Under the pieces are notes generated by a model, which did no database searches, was not told the origin of the DNA, and saw only the letters and a list, made by a program, of their open reading frames with translations. A stretch of 64,000 bases of DNA from an uncultured delta proteobacterium (GTDB lineage Bacteria > Desulfobacterota > Desulfomonilia > UBA1062): contig CAVVYZ010000020.1 in the NCBI GenBank assembly GCA_963752595.1, forward strand, positions 128,001-192,000, given 5' to 3'. The position numbers and the translations under genes are program-made. Each line of letters opens with the position of its first letter. The stretch's first letter is position 1. Below, piece after piece: positions 1 to 8,023 of this stretch.

Positions 1-444
1 GCTTACATTTATATTTCTAAGGTCCTCGTTTGTAGGGCCTAATGTATTGGCAAAAAAGAGGTATGCTCCAACCTTTAATCCAAATATTGCACCAAAGAAT
101 CCTGAAGCAATGATCAATAAAACTATGTTCACTATTTTCAATATGGAATTCTTACCTGTGTTAACGTCAGTCTTATTTTTCAGACGGATGAGCTTCGTAT
201 CAATCACAAAATCAATAACAACAGAGAAAGCTATTACCCCAAATATTGCCAACCAGTTGCTTTTCAACAACACTATAATTAAACCAGCTGATAAGCCAAT
301 TAGTAACGATGTAGCACCTAATAGGAAGGTATAATTTATTACTGATATATTACTACAAGACTTACACGAGTGTTCCCCATAGACACTTTTAAAGTATACC
401 TTCCAGTAAGGAATTGAATCTTCATTGCAGTTTGGACATCTCAT
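1..444 (-). CDS. Cassette 5 (3' end truncated by the window): zinc-ribbon membrane protein
   Basis: Read by hand; not in the ORF track. ATG at 444 follows a GGAAGGA RBS. Reads MRCPNCNEDSIPYWKVYFKSVYGEHSCKSC followed by hydrophobic helices, and stays open to position 1. Confidence 0.8.
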   Translation of the reverse strand, partial: MRCPNCNEDSIPYWKVYFKSVYGEHSCKSCSNISVINYTFLLGATSLLIGLSAGLIIVLLKSNWLAIFGVIAFSVVIDFVIDTKLIRLKNKTDVNTGKNSILKIVNIVLLIIASGFFGAIFGLKVGAYLFFANTLGPTNEDLRNINVS

Positions 445-466
445 AAATTTTCCTTCCTATCTTTGA

Positions 467-523
467 GCATAACGTGCCGATCACTGGCGGCTGAAAGCCG
501 TCCGGTGGATTGGCGGGTTATGC
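467..523 (-). other. attC site (cassette 4)
   Basis: GCATAAC(467-473)...GTTATGC(517-523), 57 bp, imperfect hairpin with unpaired G and T. Confidence 0.9.
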
Positions 524-559
524 TGTGTTATAGCGTATTGAAATTGAATAATAAAAAAG

Positions 560-1147
560 TTAATCTCGATATAAAAAGAGTGCTACACGCCTGCATCTTA
601 CCTGTATTCCATTGATCTCGCTCCGTATTCTCACTCCCAGAGTTATTTCTTCATCAGGGAATTGGCTGAAAATATTGATTGTATCAACCCAAACAACTGT
701 TGTGCTATTTGTTTGAACAGTACTTTGTGAGATAGGAACATCATTAGTAAGATCATAAAGTTCAACAAAACAATTATTGGCTCCGTTAGCAGATTCAATT
801 GCCGCTGAAAAAACTATTCTATTAACGCCAATATAATTCTCAATATTGAATTTAGTTAGTAAACATGCATTTGGAGACATGACCCATGATGTATTAGTAG
901 CAACCAGGAAATCTTGAAAGTCGTATTCAAATCTAATCTGCTTATCGTATACCCCAACACCAGGGAGTCCTTGAGGTCCTTGTGCACCTGTTGACCCCTG
1001 TTCTCCCTGCTGGCCTTGGGATCCTTGTTCTCCTTGTGGGCCTTGATCTCCATCAGAACCACCAACGCAACCATTTAGCATAAGTAATAAGAAAATTATA
1101 AAAAACATTATAGATGTAGACTTATAAGACATAAAAGAATTGCACAT
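560..1147 (-). CDS. Cassette 4: putative lipoprotein with collagen-like G-X-Y repeat
   Basis: Hydrophobic signal ending LMLNG-C, then 12 G-X-Y triplets (GSD GDQ GPQ GEQ ... GLP GVG), then a beta-rich C-terminal domain. Confidence 0.8.
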   Translation of the reverse strand: MCNSFMSYKSTSIMFFIIFLLLMLNGCVGGSDGDQGPQGEQGSQGQQGEQGSTGAQGPQGLPGVGVYDKQIRFEYDFQDFLVATNTSWVMSPNACLLTKFNIENYIGVNRIVFSAAIESANGANNCFVELYDLTNDVPISQSTVQTNSTTVVWVDTINIFSQFPDEEITLGVRIRSEINGIQVRCRRVALFLYRD

Positions 1148-1178
1148 AGTATTTTGAGCTCCTCTCTTTATTATTAAG

Positions 1179-1238
1179 GCATAACGATGGCATCAGCGGC
1201 GCGGCTCCGCCGCGTCCGCCTGCATGCGATGGTTATGC
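1179..1238 (-). other. attC site (cassette 3)
   Basis: GCATAAC(1179-1185)...GTTATGC(1232-1238), 60 bp GC-rich hairpin. Confidence 0.93.
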
Positions 1239-1253
1239 GATCCTCGATTCATA

Positions 1254-1970
1254 TTAATAAGGACAACTTTCAATAATAAGATGAACCCATTTATAGTATG
1301 GTTCATCATCAGTTATTCTAATTTTGTAGGAGTTTTTCAACCAACGCTGAAGAAAATCTTCTGCTGACATTGGTGCATCCGGAGATGATTTGAACATATC
1401 AGGATCTATACTCTCCATTTGCTTCTTTGTTGGACGTAAATAGATTACTCCCTCATAAGGGGGGTATAAAATATTTTGTATATCTGGGAGGTCATTCTTA
1501 GTTTTTTCACATGAAAACCATTCAAGCTCAGATGGAAACATATTCAGGAATGGATCAGTGGCAGAAATAAATAGGTCAACAACATCAACAAAATCCTCAG
1601 CTTCAGCTCTTTCTGGAACAATATATTCGTGCTCGACAAGATTCCTCATGCTATTCATTCTGCGCAATATTTGGGGAGTTGTTAGACTACACTTCTTGCA
1701 GAACTCAAGCTTTTCAGGAAAATGTTGTCTTTCTTTTTTGGGTAATGATTTGATTCCGAAAGCATTTACAAGAAGCTCAACTTGATAGTGCAAGGCACGT
1801 TTAGCATTTGTTAAAGCATTTATATTCGAACGAGCATCATTGCTTGCTTCCAAATCAGTCTGTGAAAATTGAAGGTATCCACGGGGATCGATTTCCTGGG
1901 ATGATTCTATACATTCAAATCCACTTACGTGCGGTTTATTAAATTTATAATGTTCGGGTAGAATTATCAT
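1254..1970 (-). CDS. Cassette 3: HEPN-like domain protein
   Basis: Helical N-terminal region with an Rx4H motif (RNLVEH). The ORF fills the space between two attC sites. Confidence 0.7.
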   Translation of the reverse strand: MIILPEHYKFNKPHVSGFECIESSQEIDPRGYLQFSQTDLEASNDARSNINALTNAKRALHYQVELLVNAFGIKSLPKKERQHFPEKLEFCKKCSLTTPQILRRMNSMRNLVEHEYIVPERAEAEDFVDVVDLFISATDPFLNMFPSELEWFSCEKTKNDLPDIQNILYPPYEGVIYLRPTKKQMESIDPDMFKSSPDAPMSAEDFLQRWLKNSYKIRITDDEPYYKWVHLIIESCPY

Positions 1971-1982
1971 CAGAACTTATCC

Positions 1983-2046
1983 GCATAACGGCCAGCATCA
2001 GCGGCGCGGGCGGCAGCCCGCGTCCGTCTGCATGCTGTGGTTAGAC
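1983..2046 (-). other. attC site (cassette 2)
   Basis: GCATAAC(1983-1989)...GTTAGAC(2040-2046). The cassette 2 stop codon lies inside the inverse core (GTC-TAA-C). Confidence 0.93.
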
Positions 2047-2796
2047 AGTTCTATTTTCACTAAGCAATCCAAGAAAATCGTATGAGAAGGTTTGTATATT
2101 TTTAAGAATTTGATCTGCATATTTGTCTATAGCCATCGAGCCAATTACTGGAGGGTTTATCTTCACGCATGTTAAACTATTCCCTTGCTCCATGAAGTGA
2201 AGCTGAAACATTAGTTGATTCATCCCGATCTCAGGATGAATGAGTTGATCTCGTGCAAAAATTGCTTGGTCAAGCCACAATGCCTTGTGTTCCATAATCA
2301 ATGCTTTGATTCTAGCGGCAGTTTCATTTCTCTTTTTCGAGGCATTATTTGTAAGAGCGTTGAGGACTTTACCACCATAAATATTCTGTGAACGATGGAA
2401 TCCATCAATAGATGCAGCAACGACTTTTTCACTTGAGAGTAGTTGAACGAGAAGATCCAAGAGGGATTTAACTCCAGAAAAGAATGCTTCAATACGAAGG
2501 TGCATGTCGGGAAGTTGGCCATATATATCTAATTCTTGAAGATCAAACTTCCGCGTTTGCCATTGCTGATAAATTGTCTCAATGTGTTTTTGGCAAAGGT
2601 GTTCTGCATCACCGCAAATGTTCTTTATCTGCCCAGCACAATGATTCAATACCGAAAACTCGGTCCAGCATGATTGAACGATACCTTTACTTACACCTGA
2701 CCATAGATTGGGATTGAAAATTTTAGCACCAGCAACAGCCGACTTATCTGCACAGATAACCGGTATGCGGTTGTTTTGTTTTTTATTTTTCGTCAT
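2041..2796 (-). CDS. Cassette 2: HEPN-like protein (Cthe_2314-like pattern)
   Basis: IEAFFSGVKSLLDLL helix plus an Rx4H motif (RDQLIH). Confidence 0.7.
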   Translation of the reverse strand: MTKNKKQNNRIPVICADKSAVAGAKIFNPNLWSGVSKGIVQSCWTEFSVLNHCAGQIKNICGDAEHLCQKHIETIYQQWQTRKFDLQELDIYGQLPDMHLRIEAFFSGVKSLLDLLVQLLSSEKVVAASIDGFHRSQNIYGGKVLNALTNNASKKRNETAARIKALIMEHKALWLDQAIFARDQLIHPEIGMNQLMFQLHFMEQGNSLTCVKINPPVIGSMAIDKYADQILKNIQTFSYDFLGLLSENRTV

Positions 2797-2816
2797 ATTT
2801 TATAATTATTTAGGAT

Positions 2817-2881
2817 GTCTAACGCCCAGCATCACCGGCGCGGGCGGCACGCCCGCGTCCGTGTGCATGCTGTTGTTAGCT
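2817..2881 (-). other. attC site (cassette 1)
   Basis: GTCTAAC(2817-2823)...GTTAGCT(2875-2881), 65 bp hairpin nearly identical to 1983-2046. Confidence 0.93.
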
Positions 2882-2889
2882 TCTTTTGA

Positions 2890-3255
2890 TTATTGTTTTA
2901 TGTCCTCATTAACAATTTGGGGAGCCATCACTAATCTTTGATCTTTTTTCTTCTCCTTGATGAGAAATATCAAACCAACTGGAAAATAAACTCCCATGGA
3001 CCACATTCCTGGTGCGTTAAAGGGCACTGAAATAAGAACTGCTGGTATTTTAATACCTATGCCCAGTGACAATGCACCAGTTGCCCAGATTATGTGTAAC
3101 CCCACAGGGAATCCTAAGAAAGATGAAATGATATACAACCATTTCTTGTTTAGATCTTTTTTCTTAAAGAAGTATATGGCACACCAGAGTTGAACAACAG
3201 TACAAAGGACAAATAACGAAGCAATAACTATGTGATAGATTGATATTTCATTCAT
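2890..3255 (-). CDS. Cassette 1: small multi-pass membrane protein
   Basis: AGGAGT RBS lies 9 nt upstream of the ATG at 3255. About 4 hydrophobic segments. Confidence 0.75.
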   Translation of the reverse strand: MNEISIYHIVIASLFVLCTVVQLWCAIYFFKKKDLNKKWLYIISSFLGFPVGLHIIWATGALSLGIGIKIPAVLISVPFNAPGMWSMGVYFPVGLIFLIKEKKKDQRLVMAPQIVNEDIKQ

Positions 3256-3275
3256 GAACAACATACTCCTCTTGA

Positions 3276-3340
3276 AGCTAACCATTTACTATACTGCAAA
3301 ATTGAAGCAAAAGTCGCTATATAGCGACTTTTACGGCTCC
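3276..3340 (-). other. attI site (core GTTAGCT at 3282-3276; upstream limit approximate)
   Basis: GTTAGCT is the exact complement of the cassette 1 inverse core AGCTAAC, with no attC hairpin upstream of it. Confidence 0.8.
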
Positions 3341-3394
3341 ATCGGGTAAATCTAATATGATATGGTATCTTCCTTTTCCAATGTTTGAATTTAT

Positions 3395-3403
3395 ATTATA
3401 CCA
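3395..3403 (-). promoter_or_regulatory. Candidate cassette promoter Pc (extended -10)
   Basis: TGG-TATAAT on the minus strand, pointing toward attI. Confidence 0.5.
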
Positions 3404-3405
3404 CC

Positions 3406-4817
3406 GAGCCAATTGCAAAACACACAGATTGCGATAATATTTCAATAAGCAAGATAACTGATTGAAATAATGAAGAGAAAGCTCTATTCTTTTTGTGTCG
3501 AGCAAAAAGAAAGGAGTAACGATGAGCAATCTCTTCGATATTTGGCATACCACACAAGCGAGACTTTTTCCATGGTTGGAAGAGCGACTTGATCCATTGA
3601 GTGAGAAGGAGCAGCAGTTTGTGAAGGTTGTTTCCCTGATGGACTTGCCCAGGCATATGGGTGAATACCGGTGGATAGGGTTAGGCAGGAGACGCGAAGA
3701 CAGGACAGCGATCGCGAAAGCGTTTGTAGCCAAGGCGGTATACAATTTCGAGACGACGAAAGTGCTCATAGAATACCTGATGGGCAGCAAGAACCTGAGG
3801 CGATTATGCGGATGGGAGACGAGAGGGGATATACCATCGGGATCGACCTTTTCACGGGCGTTTGCTGAATATGCTCGGGGGTGCCTGCCCCAGAAGGTTC
3901 ACGAGGCCATGGTGAAGGCGCACTGTGGTGAGAAAATTGCCGGGCATGTGAGCAGGGATGCGACGGCCATTGAGGCGAGGGAGAAGGCGGTGAAGAAAGA
4001 GGCTGAGGAAACCACTCTGTTGCCGAAAAGGAAGCGTGGCCGCCCGAAGCGAGGAGAAGAAGCTGTTCCCAAGCCTCCGAAAAGGCTGGATCTTCAGGTT
4101 GGCCGTAGCCTTGAGGAGAATCTGTCGGATCTGCCGTATCATTGTGACGTGGGGACCAAGAAGGACAGCAAGGGATACAAGATGACGTGGCGGGGCTACA
4201 AGCTGCATATTGACTGTATCGATGGGGACATACCGGTGAGTGCATTGTTGACCTCTGCATCATTGCATGATTCCCAGGCGGCCATACCGCTTGCCCAGAT
4301 GACGTCGAAGCGGGTGACGAGCCTGTATGATCTCATGGACGCCGCCTATGATGCGCCGCAGATCAAGGAGTTCAGTGAGGGACTCTCTCATGTTCCGATC
4401 ATTGATCCCAATCCAAGGCGTGGAGAGAAGATACCTCTTGATCCTGCCAGGAAGGCACGGTTTGCGCAGAGGAGCAGCGTTGAGCGGGTGAATTCGTATC
4501 TGAAAGATAACCATGGAGGGAGTCATATAAGGGTTAAAGGAGCGTCCAAGGTCATGGCGCATCTTATGTTCGGGCTCATTGTCATTACTGCGAACCAACT
4601 CTTCCAGATGCTTTGTTGAAGGATACATGCGATAAAATCAGATATATTCGCACCGCCTATTGGAGTAGGAGCTGGATAGCTGCGCTCGGAAATCGACATA
4701 AGGGTGATGTTGAGCATAGAATCACCGTGTAAATGGCGCGTTATGATCTTTATCTTAGATGTAGACAACTGTATTATGCTTCAATAATTATACGGCAGAG
4801 AGTTTTGCAATTGGCTC
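3406..4817 (+). mobile_element. Insertion sequence (DDE, IS1182/IS5-like), 1412 bp
   Basis: Perfect 16-bp terminal IRs GAGCCAATTGCAAAAC (3406-3421 and 4802-4817), flanked by a CACC direct repeat (3402-3405, 4818-4821). Confidence 0.92.
3522..4619 (+). CDS. DDE transposase
   Basis: DATAIE, GYKLH, DAAYD and RSSVERVNS motifs. An AGGAG RBS precedes the ATG at 3522. Confidence 0.92.
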   Translation: MSNLFDIWHTTQARLFPWLEERLDPLSEKEQQFVKVVSLMDLPRHMGEYRWIGLGRRREDRTAIAKAFVAKAVYNFETTKVLIEYLMGSKNLRRLCGWETRGDIPSGSTFSRAFAEYARGCLPQKVHEAMVKAHCGEKIAGHVSRDATAIEAREKAVKKEAEETTLLPKRKRGRPKRGEEAVPKPPKRLDLQVGRSLEENLSDLPYHCDVGTKKDSKGYKMTWRGYKLHIDCIDGDIPVSALLTSASLHDSQAAIPLAQMTSKRVTSLYDLMDAAYDAPQIKEFSEGLSHVPIIDPNPRRGEKIPLDPARKARFAQRSSVERVNSYLKDNHGGSHIRVKGASKVMAHLMFGLIVITANQLFQMLC

Positions 4818-4876
4818 CACCATTAATATTTTTCGGAATACTTGAATGCATTTGTTTTGTTGGGAGGTCCTATCCT

Positions 4877-5851
4877 ATGAAGCCGAAGAATACCCAGGAG
4901 CAAAAGCTCTTTGACGTTGTTTGCGATATCCTCCGCAGAAAGCATTATTCTCTCAAGACAGAGAAATCGTATATATCCTGGATGAGAAGATTCATCAGTT
5001 ATCATAAAATGCGCCATCCCAGGGATATGGGCAAACACGAAATCGAATCGTTCCTCACACATCCGGCTGTTGATCATAAGGTCGCTTCATCAACGCAGAA
5101 TCAGGCATTCAATGCCATACTGTTTCTCTACCGTGATGTGCTGGAAATCAACATCTCGGATGAACTCAATGCCGTGCGGGCAAAAAAGCAAGCCCGCATA
5201 CCCGTAGTTTTGAGCCATGAGGAAGCCTTAAAGGTGATCGACTCCATTACAGGTGTGCATCAGCTCATGGCAAAGCTTCTCTATGGCTGCGGCCTTCGAC
5301 TTACGGAATGCCTCAGATTGAGGGTCAAAGACATCGATTTTGAAATGAACTGCATCGTTATCTTTGATGGCAAAGGGAAAAAAGACCGGGTTGTCATGCT
5401 TCCCAAGAAAGTTGCATTCATCCTTAAAGAGCAGATACAGCATGTACATTCGATCCATAGATATGATCTTGCAAGGGGTTATGGCGCGGTCCATCTTCCA
5501 TTCGCCTTGGAGAAGAAATACCCGAATTCACCAAAACAGCTTGGTTGGCAGTACGTCTTCCCTTCTGATGAAGTATCCCGGGACCCGAGATCCGGAAAAA
5601 CCATGCGGCACCACGTGAGCCCCACGACCCTGCAGAGGGCGGTTAAAAAAGCAGTTGCAATAGCAGGTGTTTACAAGCATGTGGGGTGCCATACCTTCAG
5701 GCACAGTTTCGCCACCCGGCTGCTTGAGAATGGGTACGACATAAGAACCGTACAAGAGCTCCTCGGTCATAAGGACATTAAGACAACCATGATCTACACC
5801 CACGTCATGAACAAAGGGGCTATGGCCGTGAAGAGTCCGCTGGATGTGTAG
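4877..5851 (+). CDS. intI: Integron integrase
   Basis: [22 protein letters not shown]...TTMIYTHV, plus the integron-specific segment [12 protein letters not shown]...WQYVFPS. GGAGG RBS before the ATG at 4877. Confidence 0.97.
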   Translation: MKPKNTQEQKLFDVVCDILRRKHYSLKTEKSYISWMRRFISYHKMRHPRDMGKHEIESFLTHPAVDHKVASSTQNQAFNAILFLYRDVLEINISDELNAVRAKKQARIPVVLSHEEALKVIDSITGVHQLMAKLLYGCGLRLTECLRLRVKDIDFEMNCIVIFDGKGKKDRVVMLPKKVAFILKEQIQHVHSIHRYDLARGYGAVHLPFALEKKYPNSPKQLGWQYVFPSDEVSRDPRSGKTMRHHVSPTTLQRAVKKAVAIAGVYKHVGCHTFRHSFATRLLENGYDIRTVQELLGHKDIKTTMIYTHVMNKGAMAVKSPLDV

Positions 5852-6197
5852 GGCCGCAGGCTCATTGCAACTGAGGTTCGGCAGGGCTGATCAAGGAAGA
5901 GCTCAAGAGAAGACCGGAGAAGGAAGATGGATTCGTAAAGACGGGCAGACTCCGTCCGTGCGGGGTGAAAAGGGATAAAGCTCTGGCCTCCTCTTAGCAT
6001 CATGGCTTCAACAAAAGTTCGGCGCAATAATCAAGCTGCTCGTGCATTAAACATTTAAACTAAACAATGGCATAATTTCAACAGGAAATCCATTTGATTA
6101 TAAAGATATATAAAGGAAACCAGCCGGCTCAACCGACAGAGCGAAACACCGTATGCAACGCTTGGCAGAGGAAGGCAAAGGGTGAGAGTGACCTTTT

Positions 6198-7026
6198 TTA
6201 GCTTCTCAGCCGAGGATCTATTGCGTCGCGGATGCCTTCGCCCAGGAGGTTGTAGCCCAGCACGGTGATGAGGATGGCCATGCCCGGGTAGAACGAGAGC
6301 CACCAGGCGACGCCGAGAGTGCTCTGGCCCTGGGTGAGGATGTTGCCCCAGCTTGGGGTGGGCGGCTGGACGCCGATTCCCAGGAAGGACAGCGCCGATT
6401 CCACGAGCACGGCCGATGCGACTGCCCAGGGTGGCCGACACGAGCACCGGCGCCATGGCATTGGGCAGGATGTGCAGGAAGATGATGCGTGCGCCGCCCG
6501 CGCCCATGGCCTTTTCCGCCAGCACGAAATCACGCTCTTTGAGGCTTAGGAATTCTGCGCGCACGAGCCGCGTGATGCCCATCCACGAGGTGAGCCCGAT
6601 GACCGCCATGATATTGAAGATGGAGGGCTCCAGGAAGGCGATCACGGCCAGGATCAGGAAGAACGATGGGAAGCAGAGCATGATGTCCACGAAGCGCATG
6701 ATGATGATGTCGATCCAGCCGCCGTAGTAGCCGGAGACGGCTCCCAGGAGGATGCCGATCAGCGTGGCGATGCCCACGGCCACGAACCCTACCTTCAGCG
6801 AGATGCCTGCGCCGTAGAGCATGCGGGTGAACACGTCCCTGCCCAGGTCGTCTGTGCCGAAGAGATGTCTGGCTGTAGGTGCGGCGAGGATGTTGTCCAC
6901 GTCGATGGTGCTCGGGTCGTACGGCGCGATATAGGGCGTCAGGATGGAGAGGATAAAGAAGGCGAGCACGATAGCGAGCCCGACCACGGCGAGTTTGTCA
7001 TGTAAGAAACGCTTCCGGAATCCCAT
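6198..7026 (-). CDS. Peptide ABC transporter permease (OppC/DppC), one apparent frameshift
   Basis: HLFGTDDLGRDVF and HILPN; C-terminus ESALSFLGIG...DAIDPR is in a second frame. Confidence 0.9.
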
Positions 7027-7027
7027 G

Positions 7028-8003
7028 TCAGCTCGCCCGTATCCTCGGGTCGGCCACGCTGTAGGCAATGTCCGCGATGAGGTTGCCCAGCAGCGTCAGT
7101 ACGGCGCCGATGGTGAGGCTTCCCATGATCAGGTTGTAGTCGCGCATCATGATTGCCTCATAGAACAGCTTGCCCAGGCCCGGTATGGAGAAGATGCTCT
7201 CGAAGATGACGCTGCCGCCGATGAGCCCGGGCACGGAGAGGCCCAGGATCGTGATGACCGGAAGCAGGGCGTTGCGCATGGCGTGCTTGTAGATCACGGT
7301 CCGCTCGGGCAGGCCCTTGGCGCGGGCGGTCAGGATGTAGTCCTGCCGGATGATCTCGAGCATGCTCGAGCGCATGTAGCGGCTCATGCCCGCCAGCGAC
7401 CCGAAGGCGGAGATGACCACGGGCAGGATGAGGTGCCGCGACGAGGTCCCAGACCTGGCCGAAGGCACTCAGGTGCTCGTATCCCGAGGAATGGATGCCC
7501 GAGATGGGAAGCCACCCGAGCCGCACCCCCAGGAGATCCATGCAGATGAGCGCGAGCCAGAAGCTCGGCACGGAAAAGCCGATGAACACGAACACCGTGA
7601 TGGCCCGGTCGAGGATGCTGCCCCGGCTGACGGCCGAGATCACGCCCAGCGGGATGGCCACCAGGAAGATGAGGATCATGGAGGAGATGTTGATGGAGAT
7701 GGTGATGGGCAGCCGCTCCTTGATCTTGTCCCACACGGGCCGGGCGTCCGACGAGATGGAGTTGCCGAAATCCAGCCTTGCCAGGCTCTTCATCCAGAGG
7801 AAGTACTGGACCGTGAGCGGCTTGTCCAGGCCGTAGTGGTGCTTGAGCTGCTCGATGGCCTGGGGCGTGATGTTCGGGTTGAGCTCGGCCTGCATGCCCG
7901 TGGGCTCGCCGGGCGCCAGGTGGATGACCGCGAAGCACACGATGGTGATGCCGATGAACGTGGGGATGAGGATGGCGAGGCGTTTCAGCAGATACTTCAG
8001 CAT
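7028..8003 (-). CDS. Peptide ABC transporter permease (OppB/DppB), one apparent frameshift
   Basis: [22 protein letters not shown] and ADPRIR motifs across two frames. Confidence 0.9.
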
Positions 8004-8023
8004 CTCGTTTCCGGTCTCAACAT

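Larger units (their letters stand above)
1..5851. mobile_element. Integron: intI + attI + at least 5 gene cassettes (array runs off the left edge)
   Basis: Integron-type tyrosine recombinase is divergent from an array of AT-rich, co-oriented ORFs. The ORFs are separated by 57-65 bp imperfect palindromes bounded by ..AAC / GTT.. core sites. Confidence 0.96.

Noticed and set aside
47-334. 95-aa ORF on the + strand
   Set aside because: Antisense shadow of the minus-strand cassette 5 gene.
467-2881. Repeated palindromes as a CRISPR array or REP elements
   Set aside because: They are spaced by whole genes, have AAC/GTT cores and lie next to intI, so they are attC sites.
4769-4784. LexA (SOS) box upstream of intI
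   Set aside because: CTGTATTATGCTTCAA lacks the ACAG half-site and lies inside the IS.
4733-4876. Extended N-terminus of IntI from the ORF track
   Set aside because: The 4733 start lies inside the IS; the ATG at 4877 has a GGAGG RBS.
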